26,615 nt of DNA. Source: Planctomycetota bacterium (GTDB lineage: Bacteria; Planctomycetota; GCA-002687715; DRQF01). This document shows, piece after piece, positions 7,031-16,679 of the stretch. Location: assembly GCA_027001995.1 (NCBI GenBank), contig JALTLO010000186.1, forward strand, positions 1-26,615, read 5' to 3'. The position numbers and the translations under genes were made by a program. The notes below the pieces were generated by a model. That model searched no databases. It saw nothing but the letters and a program-made list of their open reading frames with translations, and was not told the DNA's origin. Position 1 is the stretch's first letter, and each line of letters opens with the position of its first letter.

Positions 7031-9469
7031 ATGGCGAAAATCATCGTGAATGATGGAGATGGCGACAGCGAGTTCGCTCTTTCCGATCAGGGTGCCACCA
7101 TTGGCCGGGTCGCGAAGCACTGCGACATTGTCATCAAGGTCCCGGAGGCATCCCGGCAGCACTGTCGGCTGAAGATGGAAGGCTCATCCTGGTTCGTGGA
7201 AGATTTGGGTTCCAGCAATGGGACCCGTGTGAATGGCCGTAAGGTTACAACCTTCGAGCTTCAGGACGGCGACGAGATCATGGTTGGCAAAGCTCGTCTC
7301 CGTTTTCTTGAATCTGATGTGGTGGTGGACGAGATTTCCTTGGATGACGACGAGGAAATGGAGCTCGAGATTTCTCTTGAGGAAGACGCGTTCTTGCGCT
7401 TCCTCAATACGGATCGCCAAGGGCAAAAGGTGGATTTCGCTGGCCGTATGACCTTTGGCCGACGCTCGTCCAATTCCGTTCCTTTGAACGAAAAGGGAGT
7501 GTCTGGCAGCCATACGGAGTTCATACCCGAGGACGGTATCTGGATCTGCCGCGACTTAGGCAGCACAAATGGCACGTTTGTGAATGGTGAACCGGCTGTA
7601 GAAGCTCGCTTGGAACCTGGGGATCGTGTTCGCATCGGAACAGTCGAGTTCGTCTTTGGTGTGGGAGAAAACGAAGGCGACGCGGAGATGGCATCGACGG
7701 TCATCATGACTGAGGTGCCTTTGGAAGACGAGATTTTCGCCATCTCCGAAGCCAACATGAAGCGCAAACAGAAGGCCGCCACGTTCTTGTGGCTTGGTTT
7801 GATTGTTGCGGTGGGGGGCGCTGGTGGCTGGTGGCTGACTCAGGGTTCAACACGTTCAGCATCGGTCAAGACAATTGCGACGATCGAAGGGAATCAATTA
7901 GGTGTTGACGGAACATTTGAACCAAGAGATTTGGATGATGATTATCTGGTGACAGATTCGGATGCCGTTGATTTCGTCGAAACATCCAAGCGCAAGTCGT
8001 CGGGGGAAATGGGGCTTGAAGTTAAGGTCACTGACAGTGACGGTGATCATTACCTGTCATTTACCCACGAAATTGAGCACATATCTACCGCTGATCGTAT
8101 CGAAGTTGGCGGCAAGATACGTACATCTGGGGTGAGTGGTGGGGCTGTTGGTTTTTCTTTGATCTGGAAAGACGCCAACGAGCGAGTTCTCGGTTATTCT
8201 CATGCCAATGCACCTATGGGAGAAGGAAAGTTCGTTGAGGTACGGGGCATGTTCATGCCACCATACGGGACGGATCATGCCGCAGTTGCAATCGGCTTCC
8301 ATGATGCTCAAGGTAAGGCCTATGTCGATGACGTTTTTGCTCTTAGGTCACGTGGTGGCGGTGCCACTTTGACCGCTCATGGTCATGATCTCTTGTTGGA
8401 CGCTTCCGGTGCTCTTGTTGTGAGTCGCGATGGAACAGAAATTTTGGATCATGGTGGCTTCTATCAGGTTGAGGGCAAGACCCCCCATTTTCTGGGCCGC
8501 TTATTTGCCCCGGAGAGTATGGAAAGCAGCGATCAAGGGCGCTCTGTTTCTGGTTACTTGTCCTATGGCGCTGGCGGCAACGCATCGTTCTCCCTTGGGT
8601 TGGAAGCGAATGGTGTGGTTTGGCAGGGGATGTTCGCTGGTGACGCGCATGTCAAACTGGGGTTTGCAGTTGATGTGGGGGAAGGACTGGTGACGGTCGG
8701 CGCTGAAGGTGCCCTACGACACAATGAAGACTTTAGTCGAGACGGCGTGACGGAGCTTGTTGTGGCGACTGGGCCTCGAGCGCTTCGCCTCATCTTTGTT
8801 GAGCCCACAGCCATTGAAATGATTACCAAGGATCGCCGCAGCATCGTCCTCTTACCTTTGGGATCTGGAGCGGAAGGGGGTGTTGCATTCAATCACAAGA
8901 TCCAATTAAGTTTCACCGAAGAACTTAGCCAGGTGAACGCTCTCAGCGAAAAGGCCAGGAGCGCAGACAATGTTCAGAAACGCTATGGTGCCGCGATGGT
9001 TTATTACCGTGAAATCGTCAACCGCTTCTCATTTCAAAAATCTGCCAGCGAGAGCGCATCGCTTCGTTTGGGTGAGTTGGTCAAGAGAGCCGAGCGAGCC
9101 AAGGAACGGCTGACCAAAGCGGTCGATGATGTCCTTTTCTTTCGCACCTTTGATGCCAGTTATAAGCCTTTGAATGAAGAACTCTTGGGCTTGGTAAGCA
9201 GCTTTTCAGGTTCAGAATACGAAGAACAATTCGCCGCAATTCAGAAACGTTTGGATGATGCCTGGAAGGAATCCCAGGGATCACGCCGTTTGGCTTTGGC
9301 CAAGAATCACTTGGAACGAGGTCAGGATCTCATGGAGCCTGGGGCATCCACACCGGCCTTGGCCCGGGGATTCTTCTTGTCAGTGATTGAGCTGGCACCC
9401 GAATCCGAATTGGCTGAGAAAGCCAAAGCGGAATTGAAGAAAATTGAAACACTGTTGGGTGCAAAATGA
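7031..9469 (+). CDS. Tandem-FHA bitopic membrane protein with extracytoplasmic CBM4/9-like domain and helical/TPR-like C-terminus
   Basis: FHA1 (IGR..SRQH..DLGSSNGT) and FHA2 (FGR..SGSH..DLGSTNGT); acidic linkers; TM FLWLGLIVAVGGAGGWWL; 'NQL..DGTFE...SG..L.V...W.D...P.GT..A...AYVDDV' galactose-binding-like sandwich. Confidence 0.8.
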   Translation: MAKIIVNDGDGDSEFALSDQGATIGRVAKHCDIVIKVPEASRQHCRLKMEGSSWFVEDLGSSNGTRVNGRKVTTFELQDGDEIMVGKARLRFLESDVVVDEISLDDDEEMELEISLEEDAFLRFLNTDRQGQKVDFAGRMTFGRRSSNSVPLNEKGVSGSHTEFIPEDGIWICRDLGSTNGTFVNGEPAVEARLEPGDRVRIGTVEFVFGVGENEGDAEMASTVIMTEVPLEDEIFAISEANMKRKQKAATFLWLGLIVAVGGAGGWWLTQGSTRSASVKTIATIEGNQLGVDGTFEPRDLDDDYLVTDSDAVDFVETSKRKSSGEMGLEVKVTDSDGDHYLSFTHEIEHISTADRIEVGGKIRTSGVSGGAVGFSLIWKDANERVLGYSHANAPMGEGKFVEVRGMFMPPYGTDHAAVAIGFHDAQGKAYVDDVFALRSRGGGATLTAHGHDLLLDASGALVVSRDGTEILDHGGFYQVEGKTPHFLGRLFAPESMESSDQGRSVSGYLSYGAGGNASFSLGLEANGVVWQGMFAGDAHVKLGFAVDVGEGLVTVGAEGALRHNEDFSRDGVTELVVATGPRALRLIFVEPTAIEMITKDRRSIVLLPLGSGAEGGVAFNHKIQLSFTEELSQVNALSEKARSADNVQKRYGAAMVYYREIVNRFSFQKSASESASLRLGELVKRAERAKERLTKAVDDVLFFRTFDASYKPLNEELLGLVSSFSGSEYEEQFAAIQKRLDDAWKESQGSRRLALAKNHLERGQDLMEPGASTPALARGFFLSVIELAPESELAEKAKAELKKIETLLGAK

Positions 9470-9504
9470 GCCTCAACAAGAACATGTCTAACAAGGAGTA
9501 AAGC

Positions 9505-11187
9505 ATGGCTTTGCTTACCGGTATAGATCCGGGAACTTACAGTATCAAGGTTGTTCAAGGTCAGATGAATGGGCCTTTGTTCAAGTTGTTGAGAGTTGCC
9601 GAGTTTGAAGTGGACCCCTCAGGAGATGTAGAGTCGGACATTCTGCGGCTGTTGCAGTCTGAGTTACCCGGGCTGGGTTTGAAACCTGGGATCGTCCGGG
9701 CTGGGGCGACAGGGCGTGACCTGATGATACGCTATACATCCGTTCCCCCAGTGCCTTTGTGGCGGTTGCGCATGCTGATGGATTTTGAAGTCCAAGACAT
9801 GTCAACATCCAGTGGGGATGTATTGGTCGCTGACTACAATATTCTTCACTCTGAAGTTGATGATGGCGATGAGACGGTTTTGGTCTCTTTAGTCAAAAAT
9901 CACTTCTTGGAAGGCCGACTGAGGGCCATCAAGGGCGGTGGCTTTGAAGTCAAGGCAACGACTCCCAATTGTATCGCACTCTTCAACTCTTTTCTGTCCT
10001 TTGGTGAGATGGAAAGCGGGGAGTTCACTTTTCTGGTGGACATTGGCGATCAGAATATCGAGATGGCCATCATCCGGGACGGCGAGCTCTTGTTCGCCCG
10101 CAATGTGTCTGGCGGTGGTGAGATGTTCTCCAAGGCAATTGCCGAGAACTGGGGAGTTGGAGTTCCTAAGTCCCGGAGTTTGAAGCACGAATATGGCAAC
10201 GTGACTCCGAGAGGGCGGGCTTCCTACCAGTCGAGCCAAGAGGAGAAAGTGGCAAATGCCATCATGGGGGTCGCCGGACAACTTTCTGGCATGATCCAAT
10301 CGACTATGAATTTCGCCAAGAGTCAAAATGGCTTGCGCGACATGCAGATTGGTCGAGTCATGATCTCCGGTGGTGGAGCTTCCTTGACCGGCTTAGACAG
10401 CTATTTGGAGCAAAACCTCAACACGCCAGTGATGCGATTTATTCCAGATGCGGGCTTAGACCTCAGCGCTTTGCCTGCGGAGGAAGCCGAATTGTTTGAG
10501 GCTGACCCGGGGCGTTTTGCTTGTGCCTTGGGCTTGGCACGGATGTCTTCTGACGGCGATGCCTTCCTCATTGACATCATTCCGGAGGCGACGAAGAAAA
10601 AACGTCGCTTCATGTCTCGGCACATCTACATGATTGGCGCAGCTGTCGCCTCGGTGATCTTCCTTGGTATCTTGTGGGCCAGTCTTAGTGGCCAGGTCGC
10701 TGACTCCGCTAAAGAACGGCAAATGGCTGAACGGGAGAAACGGAAGTTGTCTGGGATACGCAAACGCTTTGACAACAAGTACGCGGACGCTCTTCTCATG
10801 AAAAAGAAGACCAACCGTTTGGCATGGGAAAGCCGTGGTGGCACTTTTCTGGTGCGGGGGCAGGGATTGGTGCAAAGATGTGCTCACCAATCCATCTGGA
10901 TCAAATCCATTGATGTTGGGGTTAAGAACCAATCTCCTCCGGGAAAAGAGAACGATCGCAAGTCATCCGTTCAAAAAATGTTGGTCACTGTCAAGGGGGA
11001 GATTCGCCAGTTGGGTGCAGGAGTGACCGCAAGCTTTAACCACTTTGTCGAAGGGCTGCGAAAAGACGAACACAATCCACTGGTGAATATCGTGAACAGC
11101 CCCATGGACGCGGGTGGCGAATTCGAGGTAACCATTGACTACGTCGGCTGGCCGAATGACGCGGACGGCGAAGGAGAGACAGAATGA
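9505..11187 (+). CDS. pilM: PilM actin-like alignment protein fused to PilN-like membrane/periplasmic part
   Basis: GIDPGTYSIKVV, LVDIGDQ, FARNVSGGG, ISGGGASLTGL and FACALGLA (PilM); then IDIIPE (PilN INLLP-like), a TM, a coiled coil and IWIKSI. AAGGAG RBS at 9493-9498. Confidence 0.88.
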   Translation: MALLTGIDPGTYSIKVVQGQMNGPLFKLLRVAEFEVDPSGDVESDILRLLQSELPGLGLKPGIVRAGATGRDLMIRYTSVPPVPLWRLRMLMDFEVQDMSTSSGDVLVADYNILHSEVDDGDETVLVSLVKNHFLEGRLRAIKGGGFEVKATTPNCIALFNSFLSFGEMESGEFTFLVDIGDQNIEMAIIRDGELLFARNVSGGGEMFSKAIAENWGVGVPKSRSLKHEYGNVTPRGRASYQSSQEEKVANAIMGVAGQLSGMIQSTMNFAKSQNGLRDMQIGRVMISGGGASLTGLDSYLEQNLNTPVMRFIPDAGLDLSALPAEEAELFEADPGRFACALGLARMSSDGDAFLIDIIPEATKKKRRFMSRHIYMIGAAVASVIFLGILWASLSGQVADSAKERQMAEREKRKLSGIRKRFDNKYADALLMKKKTNRLAWESRGGTFLVRGQGLVQRCAHQSIWIKSIDVGVKNQSPPGKENDRKSSVQKMLVTVKGEIRQLGAGVTASFNHFVEGLRKDEHNPLVNIVNSPMDAGGEFEVTIDYVGWPNDADGEGETE

Positions 11188-11999
11188 ACTTCGAAGAAGT
11201 TTGGCAAGAAAACAAATCCTTCATCCTCATGATCTTTGCTGGCTTGGTGGTGTTTGGAATCGGTTACTTGGTGATCAACAGCTCGTTCTCTGACGAAATC
11301 GCGGCCAACAAACGAGGTACGGCGGCAGCGAAACGACGAGCCAAGAAGCTACCCAGTGGAGCCATGAAACGGGTCGAACGTCGTTTGAACGAGATCGAAG
11401 AAAACCTCAATTTGCTTGAGAAGGAATTGGCCTACAAGCCAAGCCCGGGTTTCACCCTTGTGGGCGTGAATCGTTCTCCTGACATCTACTTCAATGAAAT
11501 GATTCAGCGTCTTTTGAAAGAGAGGGTCGAACCGGCTGCATCTCTCGATATTCGTGTTCCCGCTACCTTGGGGCTCAACGGCATTACTCCCAAGACGAGC
11601 GCTGAACGAGAATGGTACTTAAACGGTCTCGATGTCGTGAGCCGTTGTTGTTTGGCTGGGATGGCTGCGGGTGTTGAATCGATCGAACCGATTCGCATTG
11701 CAAAGATGTTGAAGAAGAGTCGATCTCGGCGCAACGAAACGACCCCTTACCTCAAACCTCTTGATGTGAAGATGACAGTCAAGGGCAAACCTGGCGCGAT
11801 CGACAACATGCTCCGCGACATCATGTTGCCTGGAGCCCGTTTGGCCATCGCCAAGGCGCGTATTACTTCATTGGACCAAGATGGGAAGAAACGACAGTCT
11901 TTTGTCGACGAGTCTCTTGTCGTTCTGGAGCTGACAGTACGGGCACTTCTGCTCGATCCGGAAGGAGAGCCCATGAGCCCCAAGTCTGGGCGGCTCTAG
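11184..11999 (+). CDS. PilO/GspM-like alignment protein
   Basis: ATGA overlap with pilM; N-terminal TM, coiled coil and C-terminal ferredoxin-like pattern (LDVKMTVKG....IDNML...I..ARI...LELTV); position directly after PilMN. Confidence 0.6.
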   Translation: MNFEEVWQENKSFILMIFAGLVVFGIGYLVINSSFSDEIAANKRGTAAAKRRAKKLPSGAMKRVERRLNEIEENLNLLEKELAYKPSPGFTLVGVNRSPDIYFNEMIQRLLKERVEPAASLDIRVPATLGLNGITPKTSAEREWYLNGLDVVSRCCLAGMAAGVESIEPIRIAKMLKKSRSRRNETTPYLKPLDVKMTVKGKPGAIDNMLRDIMLPGARLAIAKARITSLDQDGKKRQSFVDESLVVLELTVRALLLDPEGEPMSPKSGRL

Positions 12000-12006
12000 G
12001 AAGAGA

Positions 12007-15000
12007 ATGATGAAACTGAACAAAGAACAAATCGCATTCACTGTTGTCATTTTGATTGTTTCTTTTCTTGCTTACCAGGAGTTGGGGGGCAAGAAACCCG
12101 ACTACACGGGCAGCAAATGGAAAAGCAGAAGACGGGTTACGACAACCGTATCTGACAACGACCTGGTGACTATGAAATTCGCCCTCGTGTCACCTGATGA
12201 AGAAACATGGTTGGAGTCGGGGCGCAACATTTATCGTGCGCCTAAAGATCATGTCCCCATGCCACCCTTGAGCCTCTCAGCTCCACCTCGTTCCATGGTG
12301 GTGACGAGCAAACCTCAATCGAATCCCGGACTGGATCCCTATCATCGTCTGGATTCGGTTGGCCCGGTGGTTCCTGTGGAAGGTGTTGAATTGTCCCCAA
12401 GAACTGTCGCCCAAGGGGGGGAAGAGGCTGCGGATGATCTGAGCAATGAAGAAGAGGGGGAAGATCCGTCCATGATCCCTGTGGAAGGGTTGGGGGGCGA
12501 GGATGAAGTGGCCGATGAGCTGGCTGCATTGGAGCAGAAACTAAGCGAGGTGGGTAAGGCAGTTCAAGAAGAGAAGAAGCCCGAAAACTCTAAGAAGGCT
12601 AAACGAAGGGTTAAGAGTATTCTGAACTTGCGTGAGCGTTTGGCTCAAGACGCGGAAGCCAAAATTGCCAAAGAGCGCGCGGCCCGTCAGAAGTTGAAAG
12701 ATGAGGCTGAACGTCGCCGCCGTCTTGACAAGATTCACTGGCTGACTGGAGAAATTTGGTACGGAACGATCGAAAATGATCGTGTTGCTCCCAAGGGCAG
12801 CGATAGTCTGGACAAGTACGCCATCAAACTGCGAATTGATGAGATTCGACAAAAGACAACAGCGAGCGCCTCCGAGCTGCAAGCTATGTTGAGTGATCGT
12901 TTGCTTGAGATTGAGTTTAAGCGGTGGACGAAGCAGAAGTGGAGTGCCAAAAATAAGGTCTCGCCGGTTAACGTGGCATCGATCGAATTCGCAGAAGGCG
13001 AAACATCGGGGGCGTACACCGTGGATCAATTTGAGTTGGATCGACGTCTCACACCAACATCTCAGATCGAACGTCATATGGCCATGGTCAAGAAGTTGGG
13101 AACTATCGGTGAATTCGGTTTGGCGAAACAGCATTTGGAACGAATCTTGAAGGAAGGCCATGAAACTCGGGCTGTCTATCAAGCTCTCGCTTTGGCTGCT
13201 AATCGCGACTTTGACTACAACGTTGAACTCATGGCTGTTCGTGATGGTCTGGCCAAGTTTCCTGAGGATGCGATCTTGATGGCCAGTGCCGCCGACCTCT
13301 ACAGTCGTTTGGGCTTGGATAAACTGGCGACTGAAATGTTTGAGAAAGCAGAGGCATTGGCGCCCAGGAATGCGGTGGTCAATGCTCGGCATGGCAGGCA
13401 TCTGTTTCACGAAAGGGAAGGGGGCAGTGCCAAGCTAACCATCGCTAAGAAACTGCTGGAGAAAGCTTCTTCTGGCCGATTCGAAATCGCCAGCGAGAAG
13501 CTTCTTGTTGTTCTCGACCTGGGTGAAGCCAAACTCGCCACCGGTGATATCCCTGGTGCCAAACGGGCATTCGAGAGGGTTAATATCAGTCAACCTGGTA
13601 ACGTCCGGGCCTTGATCGGTTTGGCTGCCGTGTCTTTGGCCAAGGGCTCCATTGAAGAAGCCCGTGGCTTCCTGAAAGACGCCCTCGAGAGAGATCCTGA
13701 ATCAGGAAGCATTTACTACAACTTGGCTCTCTGTGCCCTGCATGAAGGCAAGTGGGAGGAAGCACGGGATCAATTCTACGATGCCATGGATGCCGATCCC
13801 TTCTTGACCGCTAAATCGAATTGTGGTTTGGGTTTCTTGTACGAGAGCATTGGCAAGATTGGAGAGGCTCAAGCCGCCTATGCCGCGGCCTTGGTTGCCG
13901 ATCCTGAGGATGGGGAAGTGCTCTACTGGAATGGCCGTGGGTTCCTTCTGGTGGGAGACTATGAACAAGCTTTTACATCTCTCAGATCTGCCCTTGTCCG
14001 CTTGCCGAATCAGTTCGACATCTTGGCTGCTCTTTCTGATGCCAGTTTCCATTTGCTCAAGTTTGACGATGCCTTGCGGTATATTGATGCTGCCATGGCC
14101 TTGAGGCCGAAATCTCCAGGGTTGCTGATCAGAAAAGCTCAGACCCTTGTGCGTTTGCGGCGTTTCATCGATGCAAAAAAATGCTTGGATGCGTCGAAAC
14201 AACAAGAAGCGAGTGACGAAGTCGAGATGAGCTTGGCTTATTACTACTACTTGGACGGCAACCACGAAGAAGCCTTGAAGCGTTTTAGAAGTGTTGAGCG
14301 CACTTTGGATCGAAGAGATGAAAGTCCACTAGCAAGCTATGTCCGGAGATACGCCAAAGAAATCGCCGACAATCTTTCTAAACGGGTTTGGCAAGATCAC
14401 TTCAATCGTGTTTCAACTGGACGAGACTTGTTACGCGGCTGGCGATCCTATGCTCCTTTGAGTGGGATTTCTGTGAATCTGCTGAATAACCATGTGAGTT
14501 TCTCTGGTACCCAAAAGGCGTCCGATGTGCCCTCGTGCATTTTCCAGCGTCGTAGTGGCCGGGAGTTCGTTTCCTTCGAAGCCGGAATCACAGTCATGCC
14601 AGACTCAGAATCTATCTGTGGCGTGGGGTTGTTCACTTTTCGTAAGAATACCGGTGATCAAAATTCCTTTGTGGACGTTGATTCCGGCGGTATCGCCTAT
14701 GATGGTTTGATCGTAGCGAAGAATCGCGAAGGCCGCTTGGCCTATCGCGAGGTGACGCGCTATCAGTTGGGCCGCTGGAAGAAAATTGATCTTCCATGGC
14801 CCCCAGCAGTGGACGGGAAAGCTCAGCAGATCGTTTTGGGTATCGCCAGCGAAGACGGCAAGAAGGGGACGTTTGCTATCTTGGTGAACGGTAATCCGGT
14901 TGTCACAGGTTTAGAAATTCGGGGCCTTCGCCGCACCACAAAAGACTTGCAGCTTTGGGCTTTCACTCAAGCTGAAATTGATCGCCGTATCGACATGAAA

Positions 15001-15045
15001 GTGGATGATGTGCGCATCGTGACAAAAGACAGAAAACGCAGGTAG
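12007..15045 (+). CDS. Large membrane-anchored TPR protein with C-terminal beta-sandwich
   Basis: N-terminal TM/signal anchor; GRNIY motif; Pro-rich and acidic linkers; coiled coil; more than 10 TPR-like units (e.g. YYNLALCALHEGKWEEARDQFYDAMDADP); beta-rich C-terminus starting WQDHFNR. Confidence 0.8.
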   Translation: MMKLNKEQIAFTVVILIVSFLAYQELGGKKPDYTGSKWKSRRRVTTTVSDNDLVTMKFALVSPDEETWLESGRNIYRAPKDHVPMPPLSLSAPPRSMVVTSKPQSNPGLDPYHRLDSVGPVVPVEGVELSPRTVAQGGEEAADDLSNEEEGEDPSMIPVEGLGGEDEVADELAALEQKLSEVGKAVQEEKKPENSKKAKRRVKSILNLRERLAQDAEAKIAKERAARQKLKDEAERRRRLDKIHWLTGEIWYGTIENDRVAPKGSDSLDKYAIKLRIDEIRQKTTASASELQAMLSDRLLEIEFKRWTKQKWSAKNKVSPVNVASIEFAEGETSGAYTVDQFELDRRLTPTSQIERHMAMVKKLGTIGEFGLAKQHLERILKEGHETRAVYQALALAANRDFDYNVELMAVRDGLAKFPEDAILMASAADLYSRLGLDKLATEMFEKAEALAPRNAVVNARHGRHLFHEREGGSAKLTIAKKLLEKASSGRFEIASEKLLVVLDLGEAKLATGDIPGAKRAFERVNISQPGNVRALIGLAAVSLAKGSIEEARGFLKDALERDPESGSIYYNLALCALHEGKWEEARDQFYDAMDADPFLTAKSNCGLGFLYESIGKIGEAQAAYAAALVADPEDGEVLYWNGRGFLLVGDYEQAFTSLRSALVRLPNQFDILAALSDASFHLLKFDDALRYIDAAMALRPKSPGLLIRKAQTLVRLRRFIDAKKCLDASKQQEASDEVEMSLAYYYYLDGNHEEALKRFRSVERTLDRRDESPLASYVRRYAKEIADNLSKRVWQDHFNRVSTGRDLLRGWRSYAPLSGISVNLLNNHVSFSGTQKASDVPSCIFQRRSGREFVSFEAGITVMPDSESICGVGLFTFRKNTGDQNSFVDVDSGGIAYDGLIVAKNREGRLAYREVTRYQLGRWKKIDLPWPPAVDGKAQQIVLGIASEDGKKGTFAILVNGNPVVTGLEIRGLRRTTKDLQLWAFTQAEIDRRIDMKVDDVRIVTKDRKRR

Positions 15046-15057
15046 AAGAGACGCATT

Positions 15058-15705
15058 ATGAATTCCAATCAAGTTGCCGAAAATGGGTTTACTCTCGTCG
15101 AACTCTTGGTCGTGATCGCCATTATCTCATTGCTTGGCACTCTTATGATCACAACTTTTACCGGGGCCCAGCGAGACGCTGAAGAGTTTGAAGCGGAAGC
15201 ATTCATCAAGTCCATTGAGGCAACCCTTGACGTCTACAGAAGTGATCGTCGCAATGGCGTTTTTCCGCCATCGACTTTGGAAGGGTTTCCAGCTTTGGGA
15301 AGCAAACTTCCGAACAAAACAAACTTAGGAATCGAAGCTTTGGTGGTTTGTCTTTCGGCTCCGGGCTTTGATGGTTTGGGGAATGACAGTGAAGCCTTTG
15401 AAGGGGCTTTGACCAATACGGATGAAGACTTTTCGAGTCGCCGGATGACTAAGTTCGGGGCTAAGGATTTGTTCGAACTCCAAGACCCTTGGGGGAATCC
15501 TTACGCCTACTTCCGCGCTCAAGATTATGGCAATCGCAATCTGCAGGCCTATTGCTTGGGGGATGGTGAGATTGTCACCGTGAAGCCTTGGGTCAACCCC
15601 AAGACCAAGAGCCCCTACAATCAGAACGGGTTTCAACTCTTTTCCGCTGGACGTGATGGCGAATACAACACCGAAGATGATATCGGGAACTGGAGAGAGC
15701 AGTGA
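15058..15705 (+). CDS. gspG: GspG-like major (pseudo)pilin
   Basis: Class III signal G|FTLVELLVVIAII; 'LDVYRSD...G.FP'; DPWGNPY; FQLFSAGRDG..NTEDDIGNW (T2SSG C-terminal motif). Confidence 0.88.
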   Translation: MNSNQVAENGFTLVELLVVIAIISLLGTLMITTFTGAQRDAEEFEAEAFIKSIEATLDVYRSDRRNGVFPPSTLEGFPALGSKLPNKTNLGIEALVVCLSAPGFDGLGNDSEAFEGALTNTDEDFSSRRMTKFGAKDLFELQDPWGNPYAYFRAQDYGNRNLQAYCLGDGEIVTVKPWVNPKTKSPYNQNGFQLFSAGRDGEYNTEDDIGNWREQ

Positions 15706-16679
15706 TTCGAAGTTGGGGGCGCGAACAGGGTCTCACAATCATTGAGCTTTTGGTAGTCATGGGGCTCATCGCTGTTCTTTCGGGTATTGGCGTTGGCATG
15801 ATGCGTAAGCGCGATTCGAATCTCACCACGGAAGTCAACGGGCGTCTGCTCCGATCGATTCTGCGTCAGGCTCGTAACTCAGCTAAGACCTCCGGTGCTG
15901 GGGTCGTCGTGCGTTTAGATCCAGAAGAGAATCTCGTCGAGGCCAGTCCCATAAGTCTCGGAGGTTGTTGGCATTTCGAGGACGAAACTGGGTCGCGTAA
16001 CATGCAGATACAATCGGCGGTTGAGCTGGTTGATGATGGCTGGATGGGGCGCGCTCTCAAGCTCTCTGGGGGCAGTATCGATTTGGGCAATTCTCCTTTC
16101 TTTGAAGCAACTCAGGGGTTTCGATTGCGCTTTAAGCTCAAACCGGATGCCGGAAGTAAAGGTGTCCTGATTAAGCGGCAAAACGGTTTCAAACTGACGT
16201 TGACAGAAGAAGGTGCAATTCGTGGTGAGATTATTGCTGGCAAGCAGAACCAGACGGTTTCTTTGAAAACCAGGCCTGGATTGGTGACCGCGGATCGCTG
16301 GCAAGACGTTTCTTTCATCTATGACCGTTTGGAGATGGCGATTGAGATTGACGGGGTTCAGTATGCAGCCAAGGCAGAGCACCGTCGCCTGTTCGTTGAT
16401 CCCAAAGCGCATTTGCTTGTGGGAGGGGATAGTTTCAAAGGTCTTCTCGACGAGCTGCGCTACGACGTTGCTTTGGATGGTAAGATTGAAGAATTTACCA
16501 CGGGGGTGGATGTTGTTGCTGGAGCGGACCTCATCGTTCGTTTTGATGGCAACGGAAGGCTTGATAAGCGCTTTCACAAGAAACCCGTCACCTTGATTTT
16601 GCAAGGGGATGCACCTGACGAAGAAAGCGATCCGGTTCGGGAGGAAATTCGCATCGAATTCACGGGAGTCATCCGATGA
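15702..16679 (+). CDS. GspH/FimT-like minor pilin with inserted LamG/ConA-like domain
   Basis: GTG start overlapping the gspG stop; G|LTIIELLVV; LRQARNSA..SG..V.V (GspH/FimT); WHFED...G..GRAL...W..V..YD....IDG...FKGLLDELRY (LamG); IVRFDGNG (GspH C-terminal part). Confidence 0.8.
   Translation: MIRSWGREQGLTIIELLVVMGLIAVLSGIGVGMMRKRDSNLTTEVNGRLLRSILRQARNSAKTSGAGVVVRLDPEENLVEASPISLGGCWHFEDETGSRNMQIQSAVELVDDGWMGRALKLSGGSIDLGNSPFFEATQGFRLRFKLKPDAGSKGVLIKRQNGFKLTLTEEGAIRGEIIAGKQNQTVSLKTRPGLVTADRWQDVSFIYDRLEMAIEIDGVQYAAKAEHRRLFVDPKAHLLVGGDSFKGLLDELRYDVALDGKIEEFTTGVDVVAGADLIVRFDGNGRLDKRFHKKPVTLILQGDAPDEESDPVREEIRIEFTGVIR

Noticed and set aside
12541..13410. Long antisense ORFs (289 aa here; also 1981-2655, 15915-16604 and others)
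   Set aside because: Shadow ORFs opposite well-supported genes, with no motifs.
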